Source: Antedon mediterranea
Taxonomy: Eukaryota; Animalia; Echinodermata
Assembly: GCF_964355755.1 (NCBI RefSeq)
Contig: NC_092678.1
Span: 1,938,422-2,002,421 of the forward strand
DNA: 64,000 nucleotides
Direction of reading: 5' to 3'
The notes beneath the pieces are model-generated. The model searched no databases. It worked only from the letters and a program-made list of their open reading frames with translations, and had not been told where the DNA came from. A program made the position numbers and the translations under genes. Within the stretch, counting starts at the first letter, position 1; each line of letters begins with the position of its first letter. Shown piece after piece: positions 1-12,820 of the stretch.

Positions 1-1161
1 AGTGAGAGCTATATAAATAACATGCCAACTCCAAAAACAAAGTCTGAACTACAGCGATTTCTAGGTATGGCAACGTACCTTGCGAAATTTGTACCAGATC
101 TGTCAAGTCTTACTGCACCATTACGACAGTTGTTATCTGAGAAAAATGAGTATGTATGGGAAACTGCTCAGGAGGAAGCACTGATTAAAGTGAAGAAATT
201 ACTTACGAACGCTCCTGTATTAAATTGTTATGATCCTAAGCGCAAGTGTAAAGTATCGGCCGATGCTTCAAAAGATGGACTAGGTGCAGTCCTGTTGCAG
301 AAAGAAACGGAAGAATGGAAACCAGTGGCATACGCTTCTCGCGGTATGACACCTACTGAGACAAACTATGCACAGATAGAGAAGGAATGCTTAGCGCTTA
401 CCTTTGCTTGCGAGCGTTTTCACCAATTTATCTACGGACAGACAGTGGAGGTAGAAATTGATCACAAGCCCTTGGTGGCAATATTCAAGAAGCCTCTTGT
501 TGACGGTCCTTTAAGATTACAATGAATGCGCATACGCTTACATAAGTATGATATTACGGTATCATACACACCTGGAAAACAATTATTAACAGCAGACACA
601 TTGTCAAGAGCAGTAGACGCAACCAATCAGAAAGATACTGATCAGCAGTTAGATGATGATGTAGAAGCCTACTTAAGTATGGTACAAAAAACTGCACCAC
701 TCACAACTGCAATGATGGACAAGTTAAATTATGAAACTGCTAAAGACAACACGTTGCTTCAGCTAAAAGAAACCATAGAAAAGGGATGGCCGGAGAAAAG
801 AATTACTGTACATGTCTCTGTACTGTTCGTGAATATTGGACTCATCGAGACAAATTATCGGTAGTCAATGGAATTGTATATAAAACCACAAAGTCATAGT
901 TCCTAGCAGTCTACAGGAACATATGCTGAAACAACTCCACAAAGGTTATCAGGGAAATAAAAAATGTAAAAGACGAGCCAGAGACTCAATGTTTTGGTGT
1001 GGAATAAATAAACAAATAGAAGATATGGTTCAGCGATGTAAAACATGTAGCAAATTTAAGCCAAAGCAGCAAAAAGAGCCTATCATAAAATACCAGCAAC
1101 CTGAGAGACCGTGGCAAAAAATTGGTGCTGACCTATTCACAGCTAACGGGCGAAACTATAT
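1..1161 (+). pseudogene. Gypsy (Mag-like) element A pol, part 1: RT connection, RNase H, integrase Zn-binding region
   Basis: ORFs 22-525, 526-864 and 923-~1161 give ELQRFLGM, VSADASKDGLGAVL, YAQIEKECLA, IDHKPL, ADTLSR, CKTC, ERPWQKIGADLF; in-frame TGA at 523 and frameshifts; switches to LINE sequence after ANGRNYI. Confidence 0.93.
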
Positions 1162-3547
1162 TAAAGATATAGACTGGGATACTCTTTCTACTAGACGCGG
1201 CGAATTAAGTGAACAGCAGAAACTTTTAGATGTAGTCAATGACTCGTTCTTGACGCAACATGTGACACAATTTACACGTGTAAGAGGAGACGACGAGCCT
1301 TCATTACTTGATTTAATTTTTAGTAAACATGAACTTGATGTTGATATTTTACGTTATGATGCTCCAGTCGGGAAAAGCGACCATGCCGTTATAATTTTTT
1401 ATTTTGTATTAGATTGTTTTGTTGTTTTGTTGATCAAAGCGCAGAAGAATATACTAAATTTAATTTTTTTAAAGGTGATTTCACTACAATGAATGCCCAA
1501 CTCACTGATGTTGATTGGGAAAGCTTGTTTGAAACCAAATCTGTCCAAGAAATTATTATTATTCACAATAAGATTAACTTTTTGATTTCTGATTGTGTTC
1601 CGAAAAACATTGTAAACACAAATCTCCGCCCAAGTAAACAGAAATGGATGACAAAATTCGCACTAAATAAAGTTCAAATGAAGGAGGATGCATGGCAACG
1701 TTACAGACGTCATAGGTCTAACAAAAGACATAAATGTTACTGTAAGGCCAGAAATGATGCTACTTCGGCAGTAAGAATGGCTAAAGCTAATTTCGAGAAG
1801 GATGTCGCACTAAATGCTAAGAGAAATCCGAGGGCATTTTATAGCTATGTACGTAGTCAAACTTCAATTAAGGAAGGGGTATCCAAACTAAAAAAACAGG
1901 ATGATTCTTTTTCTTCCACCAATCAGGAAGCAAGTGAAATAATGAACGAGGCCTTCCAAAAAGTATTTACAGTAGAAGATAATCGTAATATTCCAAACAT
2001 GGCTTCTGTTTTTCATGGACATCCTTTGACCAATGTGGACTTTACACTTGATGATGTTAAAATGCATATTAAAAATCTTCGTGATTACTGTTCAGAAAAT
2101 CGTTAGCAACAGGTGAAATACCAGCTGCCTCGAAAGACGCAACCATTACACCAATTTTCAAAAATGGCAGCAAGTCTGATCCCCTAAATTACCGCCCTGT
2201 TAGTTTAACTTCAGTTATCTGCAAGATTTTAGAAAAAATCATAACTAACACAATTATGATCCATCTCGAAACTAAAAATGCACTCACCAAACATCAACAT
2301 GGTTTTCGTACTAATCGTTCTTGTTTAACACAATTGCTTGAATTTTTCCGCGATGTAGAAAATTCTCTCGCCGACAGACATCCCGTTGATGTCATATACT
2401 TGGACTGCCGTAAGGCCTTCGACACAGTTCCGCACATTAGGCTGAAAATTAAATTGCAAGCTTATGGCATTCAAGGTAATATTCTAAGTTGGATAAGTGG
2501 ATTTTTAGAAAATAGACGTCAATGTGTTTCAATCAAAGGTTCGGTTTCAAGTTGGTTATCTGTGTTCAGTGGCGTGCCTCGTGGCACAGTTATTGGTCCG
2601 GCTTTATTTTTAGTCTACATCAACGATCTACTTGATAATATTGAATCAGATGGTAAACTATTTGCAGACGATGCTAAGATTTATCGTAAGATTGATTCAG
2701 TTAACGACCGAGATGCCCTGCAGAATGATTTGAGTAAACTTGAGCAGTGGAGTAAGAAGTGGCTAGTGGAGTTTAGTAAATCTAAATGTAAAGTAATGCA
2801 CATTGGAAATAGAAATCCAAAACACACTTATTCAATTGATGGTACAGTTCTTGATACAACCTCTGCTGAGAAAGACCTCGGAGTCTATGTAACGTCTGAC
2901 TTTAAAGTGTCGACACAAGTTTCTAAAGTTGCAGCCAAAGCCAATTCAATTGTAGGCTGAATACGGAAATCCTTTACATATATGGATAAACAGATGTTCA
3001 TGTCGCTTTCTCTTGTGCGTCCGGTTATGGAGTATGCAGTTCAAGCCTGGTCACCATATCTACAACAAGACATCAATAAACTTGAGAAAATCCAACAACG
3101 AGCAACAAAACTTGTACCAGAACTCAGAAACTTGCCCTATGAAGAGCGCAGGATACAGCTAGGTTTACCAACTTTTACTGGAAAGAAGGAAACGCGGAGA
3201 CCTCATCGAAGTTTTTAAATTTTTGAATGGTTACGAAAATATAGATCGCCACTCCTTTTTTAAATTAGCATCTGAAGTTGGTCCAAATATCACTCGAGGC
3301 TCAACTTTTAAATTAAAGAAACCTAGATGGAACTCAACTAAACGGAATAATTTTTTTGATACTAGAGTAATTAACAAGTGGAACTCGCTGCCCGAATCTG
3401 TTGTCAATAGCAAGAGTGTAAATTCATTCAAAAACAAACTTGACAAATACACACACACACACACATATGAGAGAAGAGGCTCCCTACGAGTTTAAAAACT
3501 CATTGCCTCTTAACTTTACTAAAGGTAAGAATTACTAAAGGTAAGAA
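1162..3547 (+). mobile_element. 5'-truncated CR1-clade LINE (endonuclease C-term + RT), decayed, inserted in Gypsy A integrase
   Basis: EN motifs SLLDLIF/GKSDH; RT motifs QHGFR, YLDCRKAFDTVPH, SGVPRG, FADD; 3' stem-loop and tandem-repeat tail; Gypsy integrase resumes (NYFSQYVEV) right after 3547. Confidence 0.92.
3475..3547 (+). other. CR1 3' end: stem-loop plus (TTACTAAAGGTAAGAA)x2 tail
   Basis: AGAGGC 3475-3480 pairs with GCCTCT 3505-3510, inner GAGTTT/AAACTC; 16-bp repeat at 3516-3531 and 3532-3547. Confidence 0.8.
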
Positions 3548-4189
3548 TATTTAACTATTTTTCACAATATGTTGAAGTTAGCTCCCTTGGTATTATACGA
3601 CAACATCAACTGTAATAAAAACTATGAAAGAAATGTTTGCTAGACATGGTACACCAATGGAAGTGTTCAGTGACAATGGACCACAATTTGCAAGTAGTGA
3701 GTTTGGTAATTTTGCTGTAAACTGGGATTTTAAACACAAAACCCTCACTTTCCGCAGTCAAATGGTCAGGCAGAGAATGCAGTAAAGCTTACAAAGACAT
3801 TGATCCTAAAAACAGCTGACAGCAAAGAAGACCTGTACGAGGCACTACAGATATACCGAAGTACTCCACATTAGAGCATGGGTTTTCACCTGCCGAATTA
3901 CTTTTAATCGTCGTATAAGGTCTAATCTGCCACTTAAGAGTAACATGTTAAAACCGCAAGTTCCAGATGTTAAAGTCTCTAAGGCAAAACTTAAAGAAAG
4001 ACAAAGGAAAAACTATAATAAGTGTGCAAAGTCTCTTAAACCGTTAAAGGAAGGAGACATGGTTATGATACAAAACATGACTAAGTTTGATAAACCATTA
4101 TGGGATAAAAGTGAATATGTTTTAAAATCCTTAGAAAACTGAGATTAAAACTGAAAATGGCGATGTCATTAGAAGAAACAGACGCCATC
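3548..4189 (+). pseudogene. Gypsy A pol, part 2: integrase core and C-terminus
   Basis: Translates to [35 protein letters not shown], ending RRNRRH; frameshifted. Confidence 0.9.
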
Positions 4190-4344
4190 TGTCATATGAG
4201 TGGAAGGGTAGGAGGCAATTTACGATAAGCAAACACAACAACGTGGTTCGTTTCTAGTCGGCCCTGTTACATCCGTGTACTTTTATTTGTGTATCATTAT
4301 TAGACATAGAAGGCGGTGTATCGGTAATATATATTATCATGACA
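4190..4344 (-). repeat. 3' LTR of Gypsy B
   Basis: Direct repeat of 9916-10070; preceded on the minus strand by purine tract AAAGTAAGGAAGA. Confidence 0.95.
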
Positions 4345-5938
4345 TCTTCCTTACTTTGAGTTCAAAGAACAGAATATTATTATTAGTGTAAATCATTAAA
4401 TATTATTAAGTCAGTGGTTGTGCTACATTATTATGCTAATTAGTAATAAATACATTAAAGTATTGATACTGTATTGTTGGTCTTATTATTTATCGAAACG
4501 ATAGCATTGTCATTAATAATCATGAGCCACAGAAACATTAACAAATAAACAATGTTCAAAAGTTAAAAATAACAAGTTCCATCTTAAACGATGAAGGTGC
4601 GCAACGTTGCACAACATATTTTGTGTGTAAAAGTTCACAAGTCAAGTTTGTTGACTGACTTCACTCGTCGTCCAGCGCGAGTTGTGTAGCTCTGGTTTGG
4701 TTGTGGTGCTCTGGTTTGGTTGTGGTGATGCTACAGTACGTCGGTTGAAGTATTGTTGTTGGTTTCTGGAATACGGTTTTAATATTGTTATAGTTGGCTA
4801 TCAGTGTGACCTGTGTTTTGCTGTAAGTTTTGACGATTTCTCCTTAGTTGTCCACTTGCGGTCTGGACAATGTAGGATCTTGGCTGATCTGTTTCACTTA
4901 CAATCATTTACTGGACTCGACCAAATTTTATCGTGGCATGTCTTAACACGTACAACATCACCTGGTTTCAATTCTGGTAGTGATTTGGCACCGTATCGTT
5001 TGTTGTAAAAGTGCTTGTAACGTTTCTTTGTTTCTCTATCTTTTTCCTTTATTTTGTTTATGTTAGGCCATTCTGGTTGAAGCTTCTTTACACGTATTGG
5101 TAGCGTCGTTTTTGGTTGGCATCCCATTATCAATTGTGCAGGACTATAGCCTGTTGCTTCAATGGGCGTTGATCGATATATCATAAGTGCCAACGTTGGG
5201 TCTGTTTGTCTTAGCATAGTTTTCGCTGTTTGGACTGCACGCTCTGCTGTACCATTTGCTTGTGCGTGGGCTGGTTGTTACGTGGTGAAACCAAAATTCT
5301 TCTGCAAATAGTTTAAATTGACGTGAAGTGAACTGGGGTCCGTTGTCGGAGATGACCGTTTCAGGGATTCCCCATCTAGCGCAAACAGTTTTAATCGCTT
5401 CTACTACTCTCATGCTTGTTGTGTCTTTTTTAAGGTATACGTGATTTCAATATATCTTGAAAAGTAATCGGATATTACAGGTAGTGGTTGTTTTGAAACT
5501 CACATAGGTCGGTAGCTATTCGTTGCCAGGGTCGGTCCGGTAGTGGTGTTGTTATTAATGGCTCTTTCTTCTGTGTTCTCTTGTAGAGTTGACAGTGACT
5601 ACATTTTTCAACAAAGTTAGCTATGTCCTTACTGAGGCCATTCCATCAAACACATGATTTTGCCCGCTCTCTACATTTTGTAAAACCTTGGTATCCGTCA
5701 TGAATTCTCTGTAAGATTTCCCTTCTCATAACAGTGGGGATGTATATCTTAACATCAAAGGTTATAATTCCATCATCAGTAGAGAAGTGACTTCCTAAAC
5801 TATACAATGGTTTTATGCTATCAGGAGTGTCGCTGAAATGCTTTGGCCATCCTTCCAGTATGACTTTGGCCTACTTAAGTAATGACTCCACTTGAGTAAG
5901 ACGTGCCGAACGAGAGCTCCTGGTATTACTTTTTCATA

Positions 5939-6564
5939 ATGGCTACAACACGTTCCAAAAAGCCTGACAACGTAAGTTTTGAAGACTTTGTTAAAGAATC
6001 TCTTTCCAATATCATGAAATCGCAAAATATCCTTGAGAGTAAACTAGCTGAATTATTGCTCTGGAGAAGGCTCAGTCGTGATACGAAGCTAGGCATGCGG
6101 AACTCGTAGACGATTTGCATACAGCTCGTAACACAATTGCGTCTATGCAGGCTGCGCTGAACAAGGCTGAACGTTTCTCCAGGAGAAATAATATTCGCAT
6201 TGTGGGAATCGCTAAATCTGACGACGAAAACCCAATCAACGTTGTTGAAGATTTCATAGCCACTCATTTTAAAATCAAACCGACATTTGAGAGAGCCCAT
6301 CGAGACGGTCTAGGATTCCAAGGCAAGCCGCCCCATATACTCTTTAAAGTGCTTTCATATGTGGACAAAATAACAATCCTTAAAAACCGACACAAACTTG
6401 CTAGTCCAGGTGCCTACATTATAGACGACTTAACCCGCACGGACAGGCAAAAGAAGAACAAGTGGAAGACCCAAGTTAAAGCCCTGTATGATCAAGGAAT
6501 CAAGCTTAGGTTCAGAGCCGGGAAATGGCGTTCATCAACTGGTATCCCACATGCGTTTAAGTAG
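5939..6564 (+). pseudogene. LINE ORF1-like protein (coiled coil + RRM/CTD), one frameshift near 6060
   Basis: MATTRSKK start; RRNNIRIVGI, ERAHRDG, IIDDLT motifs typical of L1-type ORF1p. Confidence 0.85.
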
Positions 6565-6849
6565 TAACCTGTTTGCACAATGACGATCTCTATCCAACTT
6601 CATCTATCCAAGAAGAACTTTTTCTTTCCTTGTCTTTTATAATTATATTATTTTAAAATATGCAATGATATCGTTTTCCGTTTAGCTGTTCACTATACAG
6701 TAATATTACATCGTAATATTATACCGGGAGCTCCTGTTTAATTTACTTATGTAATGCACAATAAACAATATATGTGTTACTACAGTTAAGCGAGTAGAGT
6801 CTTCATTAGAAGTCAGTACCTCAACACAACACTATATTACAATAAGTCT

Positions 6850-7200
6850 GAAAATTTCTTGGCGTCTCCATTGTCTCTAAATTATCTTGGAAACATATCA
6901 ATACAATCTGCAACACAATTGCAAGAAACACTGGTATGATGAACAAATTAAAGTAAATACTTCCAGCAAACATTTTATTTAATCTATATAATACTATAAT
7001 TCTTCCATACATATCATACTGCAACATTGCCTGGGCCGTTACACCTGGCAAGTTTAGCACTTTATGCCCTTGGACTAGTTTCGAAACTACCAATATTGAT
7101 CGAATTTTTAAATTGCAAAAACATGCAATTCGAATCTGTTCAGGGGCATCATTCAGATCTCATTCAAAACACTTATTTTTTAACTTTAAATCTCTGAAGT
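6850..7200 (+). pseudogene. LINE ORF2 C-terminal remnant
   Basis: KFLGVSI..LSWKH, LYNTIILPYISYCNIAWA, IFKLQKHAIRIC, with stops and frameshifts. Confidence 0.75.
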
Positions 7201-9897
7201 GTGAAAAATTGAATAAAAGAAAGAACTTTCATGAGCGTTAGGCATTCACGGTTAGTTGCTTCCTTTATCCGCTAAAGTCTTGATGGAGAGACTGACCAGG
7301 TGTTTGTTATTGACTCTAGATAGAGTGCTACAGCTTGCTCTGTGTTTGATTCATTTGTGTTTATAGGGCTTCTGGACAACGTGTCTGCAATAACCATATC
7401 CTTCCCAGGTACATGTTTTGCTTTGGGGTTGTATCTCATTAGCCTCATGATTAGTCGTTGACATCTTATAAGAATTTTATCAGATCAGTACTGTTGATGA
7501 GTGGGACTAGTGGTTTGTGGTCGGTAAGTAGCTCATATTTGTCTAGTCCACAGAGATACCGATGAATTCATTCACTAGCCCATACTGATGCTAATAGTTC
7601 CTTTTCAATTTGAGCGTATCTGCGTTCACTCTCAGTCAATGTGCGAGATGCATATGCTATCACTTTTAATTTGTTTTCCTCTTCTTGCATTAAGACTGCT
7701 ACCAGTCCAAAGCTGCTAGCATCTGCTGACACGATGATTGGTTTAGTTGAGTCATAATACGTTAGTGTCGGTGCTTCTGTAATCAGTTTCTTGATTTGTG
7801 CAAATGCGTCTTCCTGTACTTGACCCCATGTCCATGCGTTTGCGTCTTTTAACAATTCTGTCATAGGTCTGGCTACGTCAGATAGATTAGGAATGTAGCG
7901 ACCCATGTAATTAACCATACCAAGTATACGTCTCAGTTCGCTGACATTTGTTGGTGACTGAAGATTGCAGATAGATTTTGTCTTGTTTGGGTCTACGCTT
8001 GTGCCTGCTGCGGTGAATTTCCCACCCATGTATATAAGTTCTTGTTGTCGGATTTGGCACTTGGTTTTATTTAATTTAAGCCCAGTCTCATTAACTAATT
8101 TGTAAACCTTTTGTATTGTTCAGCCATTGTGCGTCCAGATATTAATATGTCATCTTGCACTACAACAATGCCTTCGACGTTTTGTAGCATTTCCTGCATC
8201 TTTCTTTGAAATATTTCGCTGGTACTTGTTATGCCAAAGGGCAGTCGTCTAAAAAGATATCGTCCCATTGGTGTTATGAACGTTGTGAGTTTTGAACTCT
8301 CTTCGCATAACGGAACCTGATAATAGCCACTAGTTGCATCTAACGCTGAGAATACTGTGGCGCCCGCCAACTTGTGTGTTATATCATCTATCGTTGGAAG
8401 AATGTATCTCTCTTTGGACGGATTTGTTCAGTTGGCGTAAATCAATGCATAGACGAGCATCCCCAGACTTTTTTAGAGTTACCGCCATCGGAGCACACCA
8501 TTCTGTAGGCTCAGTAACCTTTTCAATCACACCGGCTTCTTCCATTTTCTGTAACTCTTTTTCCACCTTAGGCAGTAGAGGTAATGGTACTCTCCGCGGT
8601 GCGTTAATGTGGTACGGTATAGCTCCTTCTTTTAGACGAATTTTTATCGGTTCAGTTTTCCACAGTCCAATAGTGGTACTATTGATCGATTACTCATATA
8701 GTTCCTCTAGTCACATGAATATCAAATGTGTAACTTTCATTGTTATACTTTGTTTTGACTATAAACTTGCCTAGTGACACTAATTTTGTTGTTAGGGTCT
8801 TGAGAATAATGTGTGTTGGCGTTAACTTCGGTTTTGGCTTTAGCTGATTATATGCATGTTCGGATATTATTGTAGCATCAGCTCCTGAATCAATTTTGAA
8901 TTTGATCGTAGTGTTTCCAACTTTCAAATTTACTAGCCAAGGCTCCTCATCTTTATCATTACATGTGACAGTATCTAACAAGTACTCCTCCTCCTCCTCC
9001 TCCTCAACTGGTTCGTTTGTCAATGCTAGTTCCCCCACTCCTTTAGTGTGGCAACATTTTGCAAAGTGTCCGTTTTTGTTGCAGCGACGGCATTCTGCAC
9101 TTTTCGCTGGACAGGTTGTACTTTGATGTACATATCCGCACCGGCCATATTGTGGGTGTTTCTTCCACCAGTACGGTTATATTTATAGTTTGTGCTGTCG
9201 TTACTTATTCTAGGTTCGCTTACCCTAGGTCCGTATCTGCTGGTTTGTCTACCACGTCCTACGCTTGCAATAGCTGCTTCGACTTTGCTGGATGAACTAA
9301 AATCCAGTTGGTTTGCCATTTGTTTATCAACAAGTTCAATATTTCTTTCTAATTGTATAGCGCCCTCAAGCGTAAGCTTTGTCATGAGTTGAAGTTCTTT
9401 TGAAACCTTTTTGTCTTTTAGACCAACGACAATTCTATCCCTGATGTTTTTGCTTTTGACCACTGGGCTTTGAAAATCACATTTTTCAGCCATATCATAT
9501 AGTTCACGCATGTACTCCTCGACGGTTTCTCCCTCATGTTGCTGTCGTTGGAAGAATTTTGCCCGTTCGTGAATCACGTTTATTTTGGGGATAAAATGTT
9601 CGTTAAATTTATCTCTTACTTTAATGTAATTTTGTTTGTCCTCATCTTCGGTGAAGGTAAAAGATTTGAAGATGGTTTCAGCCTCCATCCCCATCGCATA
9701 TATTAAGGTACTAACTTGTACATCTCCGTCTTCCTTGTGTAGCTTTGTAGCCGTTCGATATCGTTCAAAGCGGAGGCGCCACTCGGGCCATGCCGCCGGT
9801 TGGGAAAAGTTAAAATTGGCTGGCGCTGCTAATTTCGCCATGCCTCGTTTTCTGTATACTCGACGTCTTTCTATATGTGTCGATGATCAAAAAAATA

Positions 9898-9915
9898 ATC
9901 CCGTCGCTGTCACCA
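9898..9915 (-). promoter_or_regulatory. Primer-binding site, tRNA-Leu-like
   Basis: Minus strand TGGTGACAGCGACGGGAT immediately after the 5' LTR; resembles tRNA-Leu PBS TGGTG(G/A)CAGCGGTGGGAT. Confidence 0.75.
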
Positions 9916-10070
9916 TGTCATATGAGTGGAAGGGTAGGAGGCAATTTACGATAAGCAAACACAACAACGTGGTTTGTTTCTAGTCGGCCATGTTACATCC
10001 GTGTACTTTTATTTGTGTATCATTATTAGACATAAAGGGCGGTGTATCGGTAATATATATTATCATGACA
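9916..10070 (-). repeat. 5' LTR of Gypsy B
   Basis: Direct repeat of 4190-4344, adjacent to PBS. Confidence 0.95.
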
Positions 10071-10331
10071 CCATCTGCGTAAGGTTTTAGATAATGCAAG
10101 TGATACAGAAAGTGACGATGAGCTTGAGCCAAACAATAAACATGTTAAAAACACTAATGTTAAAAGGGAGTTGAAAGACCGAAGAGAAATAGAAGAGAAC
10201 CATCCTATTTAAAGGATTATGTAAAACGTTAATTAAAGAATAGTTATAGAAAGCCATTTGAAGTTTGTTACAAATTTATTTAGTTTTAGAAGTCAATGAT
10301 ATAATCGTAAATATAACTTTAAGAGGGAAGA

Positions 10332-10507
10332 TGTGATGATAGATAACAATATCATCTTTAATCATTTAAGAAGTGAGCCCTTTGTATAATGTGAGCCCTC
10401 CTTTGGTGAGGTGTGCACAACAAACAGTGTACAATATGGTGTTTGAATAAATGGATCCTGAGACAATATATATAGTTGTAATCGTCTGTTATTATTGTAT
10501 TCATTCA
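10332..10507 (+). repeat. 3' LTR of Gypsy A
   Basis: Follows PPT AAGAGGGAAGA (10321-10331); starts TGTGATGATA, has AATAAA near 10446, ends TCATTCA; RRNRRH|LRK frame continues across the Gypsy B TSD. Confidence 0.7.
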
Positions 10508-10745
10508 CCCACCGAACCCATCAAAACATAACAGACACGACCACAAACAATTTACATACACACCTAGAAATTTGAATTCTGTATTTTGAATATTGTCTGA
10601 TTCTATGGTATAATCCCAGTTAACTATCTCTTTACATCTTGTAACATGCATTACGGCGCATTTGACAGGATTTAAGGGAAGTTTGCCCATTTAGCAATTA
10701 AATCTAAATCCTTTTGAAGCAATTTACAATCATTATTGTTATAAA
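10508..10745 (-). pseudogene. Old LINE RT fragment
   Basis: LLQKDLDLIAKW, LPLNPVKCAVMH, KFLGV motifs. Confidence 0.7.
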
Positions 10746-11710
10746 GAGTTTTTTAACAAAATGTATGATTTCAACGTCAGATTTTCAACTCAATATCAAT
10801 TCTACGCGGTCAAAGTAATTTCCGGGTTCACGATGAGATCACCTTGCAACAACCTGGTTTCAACTATGTTGGCCGTTTCATAGTGGTTATAGCCATTTTA
10901 GTTTTTTGTTTATTTTAGGAACGGACTGCGCGTGTGAAGGTACAGTAGTTAAAAAATAAAAATTATACTGCAAATAAATATACGCCATAAAGCATCGGAA
11001 TATATTGTGGGGAATAGTATGGCGTCATGTCCAAATGTTTTCAAACTGACAAAGCGCGTTAATCGCGTTTTCTTTTGTTTTAGCGTTAGCATGAACATTC
11101 TAAAATCGTCTGACCGTTTGGAAAATGGACAATATGCATAGCTTGTAATAGTTCCGCCCACTAACATGCTTGACTGATTTTTACGAATCGTTTAACGTCG
11201 TTGTGAATCGCTTCGTGTGACGTCGTTTGATACTGCGTTTAACGATGAGTCATCACAAACAAGGCCCAAACAATTCGTTTCAGTTTGTGGCTGAATTTTA
11301 TTCCGGGGGTTCCGATCTCAAGCACCATTCTAAAATGTTTATTAAGTTCGTAACCTCAATGAATGAATAATTTAATATTAATAATAAACAGGGACCTGGA
11401 ATGTTTTAGTCGCTTTCTTTTACATAGTCGACTGAAAATATCAATAGGAAGTTCAGACTACAATAACACGATGTGCCACGCCACCGGTGAACTATCAAAT
11501 ATCCCCGCAAATATCACTTCTTTGCATTAGCAAACGTCTACAGTAGCCGATCGTTAAAAAAACAAGGTCTTCAATTCTAAAAATAGCAGCAGCGAATGCC
11601 GGCCATCTGTGTTCGCGCGCTCATAGATTGCGGGCCGATAATTATAGGGTAAACAAGTACCTAGTTGTTGGTTACGCGATATCCTCTTTCTCCTGTTCAC
11701 AGCGCTCACA

Positions 11711-12475
11711 TGTTTTTACTCCAAATTCTGTCGGTCGGTAATCTTATTTAGGTCTTTAAAAAGATGACTGGTCATTTAATTTTATTCATTTAATGTTTGA
11801 TTCTATGTTTTGTGAATTTTATTTTGTTTTATAAATTCTATTTAATTTTTATTGTTACACGTTAGGCCTATATATGTCCCGTCATAATCAGATGGACCAC
11901 CTGCGTTATTTGTTGAAATAAATAAATCATTGGCCATTTTTTCATTGCACAAAGGCCTAATTGTATTAATATTTAATTTATACTTATTAAACAAGGAATA
12001 TATTGATTTTGCATTTATTTTGTGAAGGCTACTGAGTTTGTCGTCGATGTATTTTTTAATTTGTTTACTAGCATAATGATGATCTCCCTATGCCCACATA
12101 AAAAACATTAAGTATTTGCTTTTCGTTTGGCTTGAGTGGTTACAAATTGAATGTACTGTACCTCTACTATGCATGATAGCAACTCAAATTAAAAGCTTTG
12201 TCTTAAATCTCAATTGTCCTTGCATGCTCATTGTCCAGGAAGCGAGTAATTGTTTTCCATCGCCCCATAAATTCTTCGATTTACACATAAAAATGTAATA
12301 CTATTATTTTGATTTTTTTTTTTATTTTGGACAATTAAAAACATGGTGCCAATCGGAAATTCTGAGTGCCATGACGTGGTTAGAACCCGTCAGTTGAGCC
12401 GGCCTCGTGGTTGTCTCCCAAATTTAATATTAATAACTTTGAATACTGTAGTATCCTACGGTACTGTACAAAGAA
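11711..12475. repeat. ~750-bp direct repeat, copy 1 (copy 2 at ~15197-15935)
   Basis: Both copies begin TGTTTTTACTCCAAATTCTG and align with small indels through CCTACGGTACTGTACAA. Confidence 0.9.
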
Positions 12476-12820
12476 TTAGTAGAAATTAAGACAATGTACG
12501 CTATATTTATCATGCAATATCAACAATATATTTATTATACAACATATTTACAATTTTTTTGAATAATAACTATGTAGAATAACTTTGAATTAATAGCCTA
12601 CGGTACTGCACAACGAATTAGTAGAAATTAAGACAATGTACGCTATATTTATCATGCAATATCAACAATATATTTATTGTACAACATATTTACAATTTTT
12701 TTGATTAATAACTATGTAGAATAACTTTGAATTAATAGCTTACGGTACTGCACAACGAATTAGTAGAAATTAAGACAATGTACGCTATATTTATCATGCA
12801 ATATCAACAATATATATTAT
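12432..12820. repeat. 142-bp tandem repeat x~2.7 at the 3' end of the BEN gene
   Basis: TACGGTACT at 12457, 12599, 12741. Confidence 0.9.

Larger units (their letters stand above)
5868..7224 (+). mobile_element. Non-autonomous LINE derivative (ORF1 + short ORF2 3' remnant) inserted in Gypsy B
   Basis: TSD ACTTT (5863-5867, 7225-7229); ends AATAAAAGAAAGA; Gypsy frame rejoins across it (TLMKV|ILEGWP). Confidence 0.85.
4894..9841 (-). pseudogene. Gypsy B gag-pol, frameshifted and interrupted
   Basis: gag 9026-9841 (WPEWRLRFERY, IRDRIVVG), protease KIDSGAD, RT (PTEWCAP, LDATSGYYQ, VQDD), RNase H (SADASSFG, YAQIEKE), integrase (ISDNGPQF, YRSTP). Confidence 0.93.
4190..10070 (-). mobile_element. 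Full-length Gypsy (Mag-like) LTR retrotransposon B, decayed
   Basis: 155-bp TG..CA LTRs at 4190-4344 and 9916-10070 (4 differences seen), 5-bp TSD CCATC (4185-4189, 10071-10075), PPT 4345-4356, PBS next to the 5' LTR, gag-PR-RT-RH-IN order. Confidence 0.96.

Noticed and set aside
523-525. Programmed stop read-through between ORFs 22-525 and 526-864
   Set aside because: TGA sits at a conserved Arg (RLQR), consistent with CGA-to-TGA decay in an element with many other lesions
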